Shown here: positions 22,369 to 32,689 of the stretch, piece by piece
Numbering within the stretch: position 1 is the first letter of the stretch
Layout of the letters: the number at the start of each line of letters is the position of its first letter
DNA from: an uncultured Pseudomonadota bacterium
GTDB taxonomy: Bacteria; Oederibacteriota; Muellerivitia; Muellerivitales; Muellerivitaceae
Direction of reading: 5' to 3'
Length of the DNA: 64,000 nt
NCBI GenBank assembly: GCA_963843375.1
Contig: CAWJKT010000011.1
Span: forward strand, 1 to 64,000
Made by a program: the position numbers and the translations under genes
Notes under the pieces: generated by a model
Seen by the model: only the letters and a program-made list of their open reading frames with translations
What the model was told of the DNA's origin: nothing
The model's database searches: none

Positions 22369-25300
22369 TTCCCTGGAAGGGCGTCCATCCTACCCTCAAA
22401 CGTCTTGTTGGGAGAACTCTCCTCAGTGGCTTTGGAATGGTCTTCGCTACGTTGGCTCTCGTCGTCCATTGGGGTTGTCAGGGAAAAGTTTCCCCCACCT
22501 CGCCGGAAGTGCCGGCAAAGGGTTTTTCCCTTTCCGTTTCTCTCCCGGTTTCCAAAGAGGTCAAAGCCAGCTTGTTGGGGGTCCCTAGCAACGAGGTTTA
22601 TTACGAGGTAACGGGGCCTAATATGGCCGCGGTCACGGGCGTGGCGGGACCCTTCAGCACGGCGTCGGATTCAGGGGAAGTGGACTTTTCCATCTCGGTT
22701 CCCCAAGGTTTGGCCCGGTTGATGTCGTTCCAATTGAACAACGCTGCTAACCATCAGGCCTTGGCGCTGGGGGCGGTTCAGTCTGACATCAATGCAGGAG
22801 GGGTGAGTGACATCTGGGTAACCATGGGATCGGTGATCCGAAATTGTTATGTAGTGGATACCTCCTCCTATGGCGGGAATGTATTTTTCACTTTTCAATC
22901 GGACAGCTTGAGTGCGACCCCCGCGGGAACGGACTTGGGCTCGGGGACCGTGGCGGGCGGGTTTGCCCTGACGGCGGAGGGTTCCAACGGGATCGCCTAC
23001 CTCGGCAATGGACCTCTGGTCGGCTTCGACAGTGTTCCGGCGACTTTTCTTTCCACCTCCAACGCGTCTAAACAAGCCGCTGGAATTTCTCCTTCTTATT
23101 TACAAGCAGGTGATGTTTATTGCGTCAGCCTTGGGGCGGCAGGGGCCAACGGCCATGCCTGGATACAGGTGATCAATCCCAGTCAGCCTTTTGGCCTTAT
23201 TCCGCCGGGTCCCACGGGTCCTCTATTCCTTTTCCGGGTAAACACCTCATTGCCCTATTACGCCTATGATCCCACAACGGCCGATGCCAATGGAACCTGC
23301 CCCGCGCCCCCGCCAACTCCCACCAACGTACCCACTAATACCTTTACGCCGACCGTTACACCCACGATCACAATTACACCGACTAATACCCCCACCTTAA
23401 CCGAAACCAACACACCTTTCGTATCCACTTCCACTGCTTCCTCCACGGCCACAAATACCGTCACCAGCACCAATACCCTTGTCTTTACCGACTCCCCCAC
23501 GAGTAGTTTTACGGCTTCCAGCACATCAACACCCAGTAATACCGAAACGGGCTCGGCGACCAGTACGACAACCTCTACGATGACATGGACCATCACCAAT
23601 ACGGCAAGCAATACCTCCACCCAAAGCCCGACTTTGACCCCGACCTCCAGTATCACCTCAACATTAACGAATACACTAATCCCTACAGGCACACCGATGA
23701 CGCCCACCTCCACGCCGACTTCTACCATTACGGCTTCCCCCACCCCGACCCCTACTCCAGGCGGTCCTTATATCATCAAGGGAACGGTGACCTACAACGG
23801 GACCAAATCAACCTCCGGGATGAATCTCCTGGTCTACGCGAGCACATGCCTCATCTGCGGCAACAACAATAATAACAATGGTAACGGACAGGAAGCGACT
23901 GCTTCCGCTGTCCCCAGTGGTACCTACGCGGTGACGATGGCGGGCCCGGGCAATTACCTGCTTTCCGCTTTCCTCTCGTCTAATTCAAGTTTCCACAACA
24001 GCGGACCCAATGCGGGGGATTCCTACATGGTCTATAACAGCACGGGCAACACCAACCTGTTCGGAGCCGCCACAACCATTGCCCTCACAGGAACAACCAC
24101 GATCAACCTTAGCTTCACCGATAGCTATCTGATACAGGGAGTGACGGGGACCATTAGTTACAGCGGACCGGGTGAGGTGAGTTCTCAGAATCCGCTCTTT
24201 ATCACTGCCTATGCGGACTCGGGCTACACCATCCCCCTTAGCAACGGTCACGGGGTAACGGTCAACAACAGTTCCTATAGCCAGTCTATCCCCACTACCC
24301 TCACCCAGGCCTACCTGCAGGCCTATTATTTTGAAAATCCTAATAATAACGGGGCGATCACCACCTGCGATCCGGTCACGAACCTGGGGGCGGTAAATCT
24401 CAATCCCGTGGCGACGCAAAACATCACCATCAACGGGAACAACCGTTATGGGGCATGTGTCAACACTCTTTCCGGCACGGTGACCTATGCGGTGGCCGGG
24501 GCGGTGGTGAACGCTTCCAACCCCATTATCGTGCGGGCCTGGTCTGCTCCCTCGGGGTACGGCAGTTTCATCGGTGATTTCGCGGTGACCCAGAACGGCG
24601 GCAGTTACAATCTCGGAATGCCGGCGGCGGGAAATTATTACATCACGGAAGAATATGTGGCCAGTCCGGGCGGAAACTGGTCCCCGCAAAATTACGCGGT
24701 GGGCAGTTTCGTGGAGGACTCGGACGGGACCTGCAGCATCAGCAACAATGGGTTTGGAACTCCGGTGGCCGTCAGCTCAAGCACAGTCTTGAACCTGACC
24801 TTCAACAACCAATGTCCGTCGATCGAGGGTTTCACGGGCACCTTGACCTATACCGGGGCCCTCGCGAATGGCGGCAATCTCTACGTTCAAGCCGTTACCG
24901 TGACAGGAGAAGACAGCGAGCAAAGCCAAACTTCCAACATCAATGCGAACGGTGGATCCTATTCTCTTGCACTGGGTAGCCAGGGCGGAGCCTTTAATTC
25001 CAACTATCCATATAGCGGTCAATATTACCTCAGGGTCTGGTACGACCCGAGTGGGAATGGCTGCAACGGTCAATGTTTCCCCCAAAATGGTGACTACTGG
25101 GGAGTTTTCGGTCCCTATAACCCGAACACGGGAACACCCATCGATCTGACCTTCTCGGGCGGATCTCCCTGGGAATTGGGAACCCCCGTCACCTTCACCG
25201 ACCCCAACCTGGAATCAGCGGTTCGGCAGGTGCTGAACATCACTTCTTCTCAAATTTTTACAACCGACATGGCCACCCTCAATTCCCTGGACGTGGAATC

Positions 25301-28300
25301 GGACAACATCGCCAGCTTGGTGGGCCTTGAAACCGCCGTCAACCTGACGAGTCTGGTATTGGACGGTAATCAGATCACCGACCTGACCCCTCTCGCCGGT
25401 TTGACCCAAATCAATACCCTGGAACTAGACGACAACCAGATCACCGATCTCACGCCCCTGTCCAATCTGACGTCCATGAATGCCTTGTCCGTGGACGACA
25501 ATCCAGTCAGCAACCTCCAACCTCTCCAAAACATGACTCAGCTTTCCAGCTTGGAAATGGACGGCGACCAGATTATCAGCCTGGGAACAGCCCTGTCGAA
25601 TATGGGTTCGTTGAGCGTGCTGGATCTGGGGAACAATTCCGGCGTTTCCGACATTTCGTCGTTGGCCTCCAATAGTAACCTCCAAGGCCTTTACTTGGGT
25701 TTCGACTCGATCGTGAACCTCACGGCCTTGGAGAATCTGACTAATCTTACCTATCTGGAACTGGAACAAAACCAGATCACCGATATCACCGCCCTGGAGG
25801 ACAATACGGGTCTGGGACAGGACACGACCATCTACTTAACGGGAGACCCTCTGACGGGGGGCGCCATCTCGAATGAAATCCCCGTGCTTACCGGGAGGGG
25901 AGTGAACATAATCACCACCGTCAATCCTCCCACGGCCACGCCCACCCCCACCCCAATGACCTACACCATCAGCGGCGCCGTGACCTATTCGGGTTCCTTG
26001 ACGAGCGTGACGGCCGGCCATCCCATTGTGCTCGTGGGTTCCACTTCCCCCGACTTCTCCACTGGCACCTTTACGGCATCGTCAGTCAGCATCAACGGCG
26101 GCAATTTCAGTTTCCCGGTGTCCGCGACAGGTATCTATTACCTGGAGTCGTTCTTGGGAACTATCAACACACCGCCCTGCCAGCTTTCTTCCTTAACTCA
26201 GGGATCGGTTTTCCAGTACTACGGCATTTGTAACGTCCCTGCCACCATCGTGGTTCAGGGTGGATCCCCAGTTTCCGTAAATCTATCCTTTAGCGACACT
26301 TGCGGACAGGTAACAGGGGTCTCGGGAACCGTCACCTATTCGGGAAGCCTGGCGACGGTTTCCGCCACCCACAATATTATTATCAAAGCCTACTCGGACC
26401 CGGGCTATAGCGTTCAGCTTGGACCCATGGACCGCATCACCTGCAATGACACCACTTATAGTTTGATCATCGGACAACCCACTGCCGGTTATCTGCAGGC
26501 CTTCGTGGACCTAAACAATGACGGCAATCTGGACCCAGGAAACCCCTATATCAACCTCGGGGCTTTCACTTCGAGCGTGACCGGGACGATGCCGGTCAGT
26601 TTCAGCGATTCCAATCTCAAGGGAGCGCTCCCCACGGCCACTCCCACACCGACGGCGGGTTCGCCCACACCGACACCCACGCCGACCAGTACGCCCCAGC
26701 CTTCCCTCATCGACGATTTCGAAAGCGGGACCAACTCTTTGACGGTGAACCAAGGGCGCAACGGCTATTTTTATACCAACGCCAATGGATCCAGTACGAT
26801 CATACCCCTGCCCTTCACGGTTACCAGCCCCGGTGACGCCAGCAACTACGCGGCCGCGGTTTCCGGCACGACCGACGCCACGACGGGAGACTCGGCTTAC
26901 CTGGGAGCCAATTTCCTCAGCAACAGCGGGGCCTATTCCATACCCTCTACTTATACGGGCATCGTTTTCGATATTGAGGGAACGGTCCCTGGTTCGACGC
27001 TTTGGTTTGAGGTTTCTGACACGACCACCAACACTTCGTCGGTAAATTATGATGAGGATGGGGCTACGATACCGGTCTCTTCCAGTTGGACACCGGTGAC
27101 GGTTTTCTTCACTCAGATGGACACTCAGGGTTTCGGCATCCCGATGGGAACCCATCCATTGAACACGGCGCAAGCTGTCGGTTTTACTTGGCTGGTTAAT
27201 ACCCCCAACTCAAATTACCAATTCGAAGTGGATAACGTGCAGTTCACTACCGCCACTGGACCCACCCCGACTCCGACCCCCACGCCCAATCCTCTCATAA
27301 TCGCTAATATGGAAAATAACACGAACCAGCTACCCCCCAACGGCGGCCGCAGCGGCTATTGGACCAGCTATTCGGACAGTTCCTCCACAATTGTTCCCGC
27401 TGCGGGAAGCACCTTCGCCATGAGCTCCCCCGGTTACCAGTCCAATTATGCCGCGCAGATATCCGGGGTTCTGGGGACTTCCTCCAGCGCCTACGCGGGA
27501 TTGTCCGCTAGTTTCGTATCTCTCGGAGGGTCCTATAATATTCCCTCCAGTATTACCGGGGTTGTCTTTGAGGCCAAAACTGCCTTCACGGGCGCCTGCC
27601 TGCCGCCCCCGGTCGAATTCTTCATCTCAGACGCCACCACCTCCTCGAGTTCGGATACCAACCACGTGAATGTCCCGATCGGCACCAATTGGCAGGCGGT
27701 GACAGTCTTCTTCAACCAGATGATGACTACCGGCAGGTCGGTCACCCAAACCCATGTTTTGGATACGACCACCGCCATGACGATGGGCTGGCAGTTCAAT
27801 ACCGGGAACCAAAATATCGGCTACGACTTGTGGGTGGATAACGTCCAATTCATCACGGCCACGCCTCCCACGGCGGCAGTTCCCCCGAGCTGGGCTGCGG
27901 CCTTGATCGATAATTTCGAACAGGGGGATAACCAGGTCATCCTCCAGGGCGGGCGCAATGGTTATTGGTACACGCAAGCGGACGCCAACAGCACGATTTG
28001 CCCTATAGCGGGGTATTACGTTTCCACCCCGGGTGGGGATTCAGTAAGTCCGCTATATGCCGCACAAATTTTCGGGACCGTGGCTGCCGGCGGTTACGCG
28101 CAATTGGGGACGAATTTTACGAGCCCCCTGGCGGCCTATAACGCGGGCTCTTATACGGGCTTTACCTTCTATGCTAAGGCGGGGACAGGAAGCACCACTA
28201 CTTTAAGTTTCGGCGCGGACGATGAATATACCATTCCCGGCGCCGGAATCTGCGGATCGCTTTATTCCTGTTATCAAAACAAGGGAACCACCGAGGTATT

Positions 28301-28463
28301 GACCAATGGTTGGACCCAATATACCGTTCCCTTCACGTTGATGTTGAACGACGCCGATACAACCCAACCGGCCTTAGATCCAACCCAGTTGTATGATATC
28401 GGTTTCAACATGAACAGCCCCGGGGCCTTTGACCTGTGGGTGGACGACGTCAGCTTCTATTGA
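22365..28463 (+). CDS. 2032-aa multidomain surface lipoprotein (Thr/Pro linkers, repeated beta-sandwich modules, LRR block, three carbohydrate-binding-like domains)
   Basis: Lipobox-like HWGC; TPT repeats; six xG(T/A)xxY modules; internalin-type FTDPNLE...NQITDLTPL; three LIDxFE..GRxGYW..VDNVQF modules. Confidence 0.8.
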   Translation: MIPWKGVHPTLKRLVGRTLLSGFGMVFATLALVVHWGCQGKVSPTSPEVPAKGFSLSVSLPVSKEVKASLLGVPSNEVYYEVTGPNMAAVTGVAGPFSTASDSGEVDFSISVPQGLARLMSFQLNNAANHQALALGAVQSDINAGGVSDIWVTMGSVIRNCYVVDTSSYGGNVFFTFQSDSLSATPAGTDLGSGTVAGGFALTAEGSNGIAYLGNGPLVGFDSVPATFLSTSNASKQAAGISPSYLQAGDVYCVSLGAAGANGHAWIQVINPSQPFGLIPPGPTGPLFLFRVNTSLPYYAYDPTTADANGTCPAPPPTPTNVPTNTFTPTVTPTITITPTNTPTLTETNTPFVSTSTASSTATNTVTSTNTLVFTDSPTSSFTASSTSTPSNTETGSATSTTTSTMTWTITNTASNTSTQSPTLTPTSSITSTLTNTLIPTGTPMTPTSTPTSTITASPTPTPTPGGPYIIKGTVTYNGTKSTSGMNLLVYASTCLICGNNNNNNGNGQEATASAVPSGTYAVTMAGPGNYLLSAFLSSNSSFHNSGPNAGDSYMVYNSTGNTNLFGAATTIALTGTTTINLSFTDSYLIQGVTGTISYSGPGEVSSQNPLFITAYADSGYTIPLSNGHGVTVNNSSYSQSIPTTLTQAYLQAYYFENPNNNGAITTCDPVTNLGAVNLNPVATQNITINGNNRYGACVNTLSGTVTYAVAGAVVNASNPIIVRAWSAPSGYGSFIGDFAVTQNGGSYNLGMPAAGNYYITEEYVASPGGNWSPQNYAVGSFVEDSDGTCSISNNGFGTPVAVSSSTVLNLTFNNQCPSIEGFTGTLTYTGALANGGNLYVQAVTVTGEDSEQSQTSNINANGGSYSLALGSQGGAFNSNYPYSGQYYLRVWYDPSGNGCNGQCFPQNGDYWGVFGPYNPNTGTPIDLTFSGGSPWELGTPVTFTDPNLESAVRQVLNITSSQIFTTDMATLNSLDVESDNIASLVGLETAVNLTSLVLDGNQITDLTPLAGLTQINTLELDDNQITDLTPLSNLTSMNALSVDDNPVSNLQPLQNMTQLSSLEMDGDQIISLGTALSNMGSLSVLDLGNNSGVSDISSLASNSNLQGLYLGFDSIVNLTALENLTNLTYLELEQNQITDITALEDNTGLGQDTTIYLTGDPLTGGAISNEIPVLTGRGVNIITTVNPPTATPTPTPMTYTISGAVTYSGSLTSVTAGHPIVLVGSTSPDFSTGTFTASSVSINGGNFSFPVSATGIYYLESFLGTINTPPCQLSSLTQGSVFQYYGICNVPATIVVQGGSPVSVNLSFSDTCGQVTGVSGTVTYSGSLATVSATHNIIIKAYSDPGYSVQLGPMDRITCNDTTYSLIIGQPTAGYLQAFVDLNNDGNLDPGNPYINLGAFTSSVTGTMPVSFSDSNLKGALPTATPTPTAGSPTPTPTPTSTPQPSLIDDFESGTNSLTVNQGRNGYFYTNANGSSTIIPLPFTVTSPGDASNYAAAVSGTTDATTGDSAYLGANFLSNSGAYSIPSTYTGIVFDIEGTVPGSTLWFEVSDTTTNTSSVNYDEDGATIPVSSSWTPVTVFFTQMDTQGFGIPMGTHPLNTAQAVGFTWLVNTPNSNYQFEVDNVQFTTATGPTPTPTPTPNPLIIANMENNTNQLPPNGGRSGYWTSYSDSSSTIVPAAGSTFAMSSPGYQSNYAAQISGVLGTSSSAYAGLSASFVSLGGSYNIPSSITGVVFEAKTAFTGACLPPPVEFFISDATTSSSSDTNHVNVPIGTNWQAVTVFFNQMMTTGRSVTQTHVLDTTTAMTMGWQFNTGNQNIGYDLWVDNVQFITATPPTAAVPPSWAAALIDNFEQGDNQVILQGGRNGYWYTQADANSTICPIAGYYVSTPGGDSVSPLYAAQIFGTVAAGGYAQLGTNFTSPLAAYNAGSYTGFTFYAKAGTGSTTTLSFGADDEYTIPGAGICGSLYSCYQNKGTTEVLTNGWTQYTVPFTLMLNDADTTQPALDPTQLYDIGFNMNSPGAFDLWVDDVSFY

Positions 28464-28500
28464 GGATCGGGCGGCGGATAAAAAGCGGAGGGAGGACAGA

Positions 28501-28707
28501 ATGAATAAAGCAATTATCTTTTACGCGGCGATTTTAACAGCCATAGCCTTTTCGGGACCGGCCCGGGCCCAGGTAAGCGCTAAGCCGGACACTCAGGCTA
28601 TGATTGAAAAGATGAAGCAAAAGCACTTGAATAAGAATAAACACCGCGCGAAAAAGATTTCCGGCACTGTCCGAAAACATTCCGCCTTGCCAACCCCGGG
28701 CCGGTAA
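28501..28707 (+). CDS. Small secreted basic hypothetical protein
   Basis: GGAGG RBS; signal peptide ending ARA. Confidence 0.55.
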   Translation: MNKAIIFYAAILTAIAFSGPARAQVSAKPDTQAMIEKMKQKHLNKNKHRAKKISGTVRKHSALPTPGR

Positions 28708-28818
28708 AAGATTTATTGAAGAAGTTGAAGGCGCCATCTTTTCCGATAATACCAGAAGGTTGGCCATTCCGTTTTCAAGAAGTCATCTAAGAAAATAAGA
28801 AACGAAAACTCACCCGGC

Positions 28819-30081
28819 TTAAGGCTTTAGTGTTCCTGGAACCGCGCCTTGCGAGTTTCCGCTGGGGTCCAGCGTAGGGGTCGGCAGGACGACTAGGGTG
28901 GGTAGGGGAGTCGGGCTGGTCCCGGGGCCGGAAAGGGGCTGGAGGGTCGGTTCGGACCCAACCGAAGGCGATTTCCATTCGATTTCCGTTCCCTCCATTT
29001 TCAAATCCGCGCTTTTCGAAAACTTGTGAAGATAAGCGAAGAATTTCTCGGCGTTTTTTTTGTTCATGGGCCTGGACGCGAAATGCACCTGATAGTTGAG
29101 AACGTTGAGGGGAAGGATCCTGCCACCGAGCCAAGTTCCATTCTCCCCAAAAGTCAGGTATAAAATCCCGCTTTGGCTGATGGAGGTCAGCGTACCAAAG
29201 CAAAAATTTCCGATGGCGTAGGCGATGGGTTTTCCGTGATAAGTCTCCAGGGTCTGCCAAATATGGGGGTGGTGGCAGACCACGGCGTCCGCTCCCGCGT
29301 CGATGGCTAGGTGGGCCAAGGTAGGCTGGTAGTCGCGAAGACGGGTATGTTTTTCCTGGCCCCAGTGGCAGCAGACCACCACCAGGTCAGCGCCTTCCTT
29401 GTGAGCCCGAGCGATATCTTCCCGCATATCGGGGCCGGAGGCCGCAGCGCAGCCAGCCCTAGTGTCGGTGGCCCAATATTCGGTGGGCTCGGTTAGGGAA
29501 TATGCCAAAACCGCGATCTTGTGGCCCTTCATCTCGAACCAAGCGGGTTCACGAGCTTCGCCCTCATTCATGCCCGCGCCGCAATGCTTGAGTCCTTGGG
29601 CATCCAAGGCGGCCAGCGTGGATTGCAGCGCCGGCACGCCGAAGTCCATGGTATGGTTGTTGGCCAGGGTGAGAAGCTTGAAGCCGGCATGGGCTAGGCC
29701 GATCGCACAGGAAGGATCCACCAGAAAATTATATTTTTTGTGGGGGAACTTGTCGCCGCCCGTGCCCAATGGACCTTCCAAGTTTCCCATGGCGAGATCG
29801 GCCTGCTTCAAGAGAGGGGCGGTAAAAGTAAAAAAAGAGTCCGGGCCTTCGGTTTTCAGTTTGTGGGCCGCCGAGTCACCCATCATAATGTCTCCGGTGA
29901 AAGCCAAAGTCAGGGGCTGGCTGGAGCTTTGAACCTTCTCAGGAATCTGGGTGGGGGTTGGGGATACGGCCTGTGCGGGAAGGTTTTGAGTTTGTTGGAC
30001 CAACATCTTTCGGTTAGGGGCACAACCCATGGCCAAGAGAAGGGCCCCCATAATGGGGTATAAGATTCGTTTTCCAAGCAT
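28819..30081 (-). CDS. CapA-family (PGA_cap) metallophosphatase-fold lipoprotein
   Basis: TGDIM, NLEGP, LANNHTMDFG, HWG, HHPH, GNF motifs; LAMGC lipobox. Confidence 0.88.
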   Translation of the reverse strand: MLGKRILYPIMGALLLAMGCAPNRKMLVQQTQNLPAQAVSPTPTQIPEKVQSSSQPLTLAFTGDIMMGDSAAHKLKTEGPDSFFTFTAPLLKQADLAMGNLEGPLGTGGDKFPHKKYNFLVDPSCAIGLAHAGFKLLTLANNHTMDFGVPALQSTLAALDAQGLKHCGAGMNEGEAREPAWFEMKGHKIAVLAYSLTEPTEYWATDTRAGCAAASGPDMREDIARAHKEGADLVVVCCHWGQEKHTRLRDYQPTLAHLAIDAGADAVVCHHPHIWQTLETYHGKPIAYAIGNFCFGTLTSISQSGILYLTFGENGTWLGGRILPLNVLNYQVHFASRPMNKKNAEKFFAYLHKFSKSADLKMEGTEIEWKSPSVGSEPTLQPLSGPGTSPTPLPTLVVLPTPTLDPSGNSQGAVPGTLKP

Positions 30082-30156
30082 GGGAGTTATTCTACAAACA
30101 ATTTTCAATGGAGAAACTAAAAAGGTTATTCATTATTACTTACACCTGGAGTTAAA

Positions 30157-31227
30157 GTGAACCAACCTAATCGTAAAGTCCTTGTGGTCCTCTCGCTTTT
30201 TATCGTGGGATTCATGACCCTCGCCCTGGTTATGGCTTTTTTCACGGATATACCCAAGCTTTTGGAGGCGATCCACCAGATCCACATAGAACAACTGCTT
30301 TTTGCCCTTTTTTGCACCGCCATTGCCTACTTATCTTTCACACTCTCTTTTAACGGCCTTTTCCTGATGACCCCTTACCGGATTCCTTTTCCACGCTTTT
30401 TTTCAATCATGTTTATTTCCTATACCATTAACTTCGTTGTTTCCTCCGGCGGTTGGGCCGGCATCGCCATCCGGGCTTTTCTTTTGAGGCTCGAAAAAGT
30501 GCCCTATTCGGTTACGGTTCCCATTTCTTTCGCCCAAAACATGGTCTTCAACATGGTCTTGGCTTGTGTTTCCTTCGGGGGCCTAATTTTCCTCAGGGAA
30601 CACCCTGAATTTGTGGGAGGCTCCCGGGAAATTTTGGTCCTCCTCTTCATGTTGGGATTGATTGCCCTGGTAGCGGGCATGTTATTGTTATTCTTTCATG
30701 GGGGGCTTCGAAAATGGTTCTTGAGAATCGCAATCCTAATCGGAAACTGGGTAGGTCGAACTTTTTTTAGAAAAAAAACCAGTTTTCAGCGGTTATTGGA
30801 GATAAGGAACAACCTGGAAAAGACCATCCAATTTCTACACCGGGGATGGTTACAGCTTTTAGTCGTCCTTTTCTGGGTTTCGATGGACTGGTGTTTTACA
30901 GCCTTAACCCTTTTCTTTTGTTTTCGCGCGGTAGGGGTCCATTTGCCGCTTGGCCTTTTGATGGTGGGCTTTACCGTTATGTTCCTCACCTCCACTATCA
31001 ACCCGGTACCGGCAGGCTTAGGAATCAGCGAGGTCGCCCTGGCAGGAACCTTTAAATTATTGGGGGTTGGTTTTGAACAAACCCTGGTGGCGGCACTCCT
31101 ATTCCGTTTAGTTTTCTTCCTCTTGCCCATGGCGGTTTCAACGGCCCTTTACCTGCCGACCATGCGGGTCTTCCTTAATTCCGAGGAGGCCATTGAAGGG
31201 GAGATCAAGCATCCTAAGACCCGGTAA
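30157..31227 (+). CDS. Lysylphosphatidylglycerol-synthase TM / flippase-like membrane protein
   Basis: Multi-TM; NPVPAGLGISE and ALLFRLV motifs. Confidence 0.8.
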   Translation: MNQPNRKVLVVLSLFIVGFMTLALVMAFFTDIPKLLEAIHQIHIEQLLFALFCTAIAYLSFTLSFNGLFLMTPYRIPFPRFFSIMFISYTINFVVSSGGWAGIAIRAFLLRLEKVPYSVTVPISFAQNMVFNMVLACVSFGGLIFLREHPEFVGGSREILVLLFMLGLIALVAGMLLLFFHGGLRKWFLRIAILIGNWVGRTFFRKKTSFQRLLEIRNNLEKTIQFLHRGWLQLLVVLFWVSMDWCFTALTLFFCFRAVGVHLPLGLLMVGFTVMFLTSTINPVPAGLGISEVALAGTFKLLGVGFEQTLVAALLFRLVFFLLPMAVSTALYLPTMRVFLNSEEAIEGEIKHPKTR

Positions 31228-31314
31228 AGCTTAATCCTCTTCTCCTAAAATGCATCAAAAACCCTTATAAATAGACTTTTTTAATCATAACGGTCTCGCT
31301 TGTAATTTTTTATA

Positions 31315-31343
31315 TTGACTTGATATATATCGGCTCATATAAT
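31315..31343 (+). promoter_or_regulatory. Consensus sigma70 promoter with overlapping HAIR-like operator
   Basis: TTGACT-17 nt-TATAAT; CTTGATA-N7-GCTCATA (31319-31339) resembles the HspR site CTTGAGT-N7-ACTCAAG. Confidence 0.7.
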
Positions 31344-31414
31344 CTGTTTCATTAAATAAAGATTATATAGAAATTCAAGATAAGGATTTCTAAGAGGTCG
31401 AAAAGGAGACCGTC

Positions 31415-32266
31415 ATGGAAAAGTTGCCATTCTTCAGTGAAGAAAAATCTGTGGGGACGTACTTAAAAGAAATTGCCCGTATTCCCCTATTAACCCCGGA
31501 GGAAGAAAAAACACTCAGCCGTTCCGTCCAGAAGGGCGAAGAGGGCGCTTTGAACCGTTTGGTTGAATCCAACCTGAGGTTCGTCGTCTCCGTCGCCAAA
31601 GGTTTTCGTAACCGGGGACTATCCTTCCTCGACTTGATCAATGAAGGGAACCTGGGTCTGATGAAAGCGGCCCGGACTTTTGATCCCGAACGGGGAGTTC
31701 GATTCGTCTCTTATGCCGTCTGGTGGATCCGGCAATCCATCCTGGCTGCAATATTAGATAAAGCGGCAATGGTGAGGATTCCACAGAGCCAAACCAAAAA
31801 GATCCGCAGGATCAACAAACAAGTGCAAGCGCTCCAGCTCAAAGCCGGAGGCCCGGTAAGCGACGAGGAGGTCATGAAAAAGGCTGATATCAGCCGGGAA
31901 ACCTTGAACGAGGTTCAGCAGTTTTCCTATGGTTATCTGAGTCTGGACACGACCCGCGTCGGGGACAATGATAAACCCATCGTGGATTTCTTGAGCAATC
32001 CCAAAGACACTGAAAAGTTCGAGAAGGATATGATGGACAAGGACTTGACGGAGAAGCTTCAACAGGCTCTCGGGACCCTGGCCCAAAGGGACGGGGAAAT
32101 CCTCACCTGGCGTTACGGCCTGGACGGCCGTGGCAGTCAAACTTTGGATGAGATCGGCAAGCGCCTGAAAATTTCCAAGGAAAGGGTGCGTCAGATTGAG
32201 GAAAGGGCCATGAAAAAAATCCGTGGTTCGAAGGAAGCCGAGTTGTTGAAGGATTTCGTCGCTTAA
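31415..32266 (+). CDS. RNA polymerase sigma factor, sigma70 family, lacking region 1.1
   Basis: YLKEIARIPLLT, NLRFVV, DLINEGNLGLM, YAVWWIRQ, TLDEIG..SKERVRQIE. Confidence 0.92.
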   Translation: MEKLPFFSEEKSVGTYLKEIARIPLLTPEEEKTLSRSVQKGEEGALNRLVESNLRFVVSVAKGFRNRGLSFLDLINEGNLGLMKAARTFDPERGVRFVSYAVWWIRQSILAAILDKAAMVRIPQSQTKKIRRINKQVQALQLKAGGPVSDEEVMKKADISRETLNEVQQFSYGYLSLDTTRVGDNDKPIVDFLSNPKDTEKFEKDMMDKDLTEKLQQALGTLAQRDGEILTWRYGLDGRGSQTLDEIGKRLKISKERVRQIEERAMKKIRGSKEAELLKDFVA

Positions 32267-32339
32267 AACGGAAGCCGTACCGGCCGTTCACCGCCTAAAC
32301 CCGGCGGTCGGCGGCCGAAAAACGGGCAGAAGGAAAAAA

Positions 32340-32657
32340 ATGGAAGTGCATCCGACCCACCCGGTTTATACCATAAGTGTCGTGGCCCAGCTTTTAAGCC
32401 TGCACGAACAGACCATCCGGCAATACGAGCGGTTGGGGCTTATCTCCCCCTGTCGCACTATCCGGAAAACCAGGCTCTATTCGCAAAACGACATCGAACG
32501 GCTCGAATGCATTAATTACCTCGTCAAAACCTGCGGAGTGAACTTATCGGGGGTGAAAATCGTCATAACCTTATCGCACCAGCATCCGGAAATCGACCAG
32601 ATGCTGAAAGGCAGGAAAATGCATCTTCCAAACCATCATGGCCAGCATGATGTTTGA
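32340..32657 (+). CDS. hspR: HspR-like MerR-family transcriptional repressor
   Basis: PVYTISVVAQLL..HEQTIRQYERLGL, RLYSQNDIERL, GVNLSGV. Confidence 0.8.
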   Translation: MEVHPTHPVYTISVVAQLLSLHEQTIRQYERLGLISPCRTIRKTRLYSQNDIERLECINYLVKTCGVNLSGVKIVITLSHQHPEIDQMLKGRKMHLPNHHGQHDV

Positions 32658-32689
32658 GTATTTATTTTTCAAAATTTAGGGGAACAAAA

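Noticed and set aside
23264..23743. Val/Gly-rich antisense ORF and repetitive DNA
   Set aside because: Mirror of the Thr/Pro linker in the 2032-aa protein; not a gene and not a CRISPR array
31415..32266. Naming the sigma factor rpoD or rpoH
   Set aside because: It lacks region 1.1 of typical RpoD and the RpoH box; phylogeny is needed before naming it
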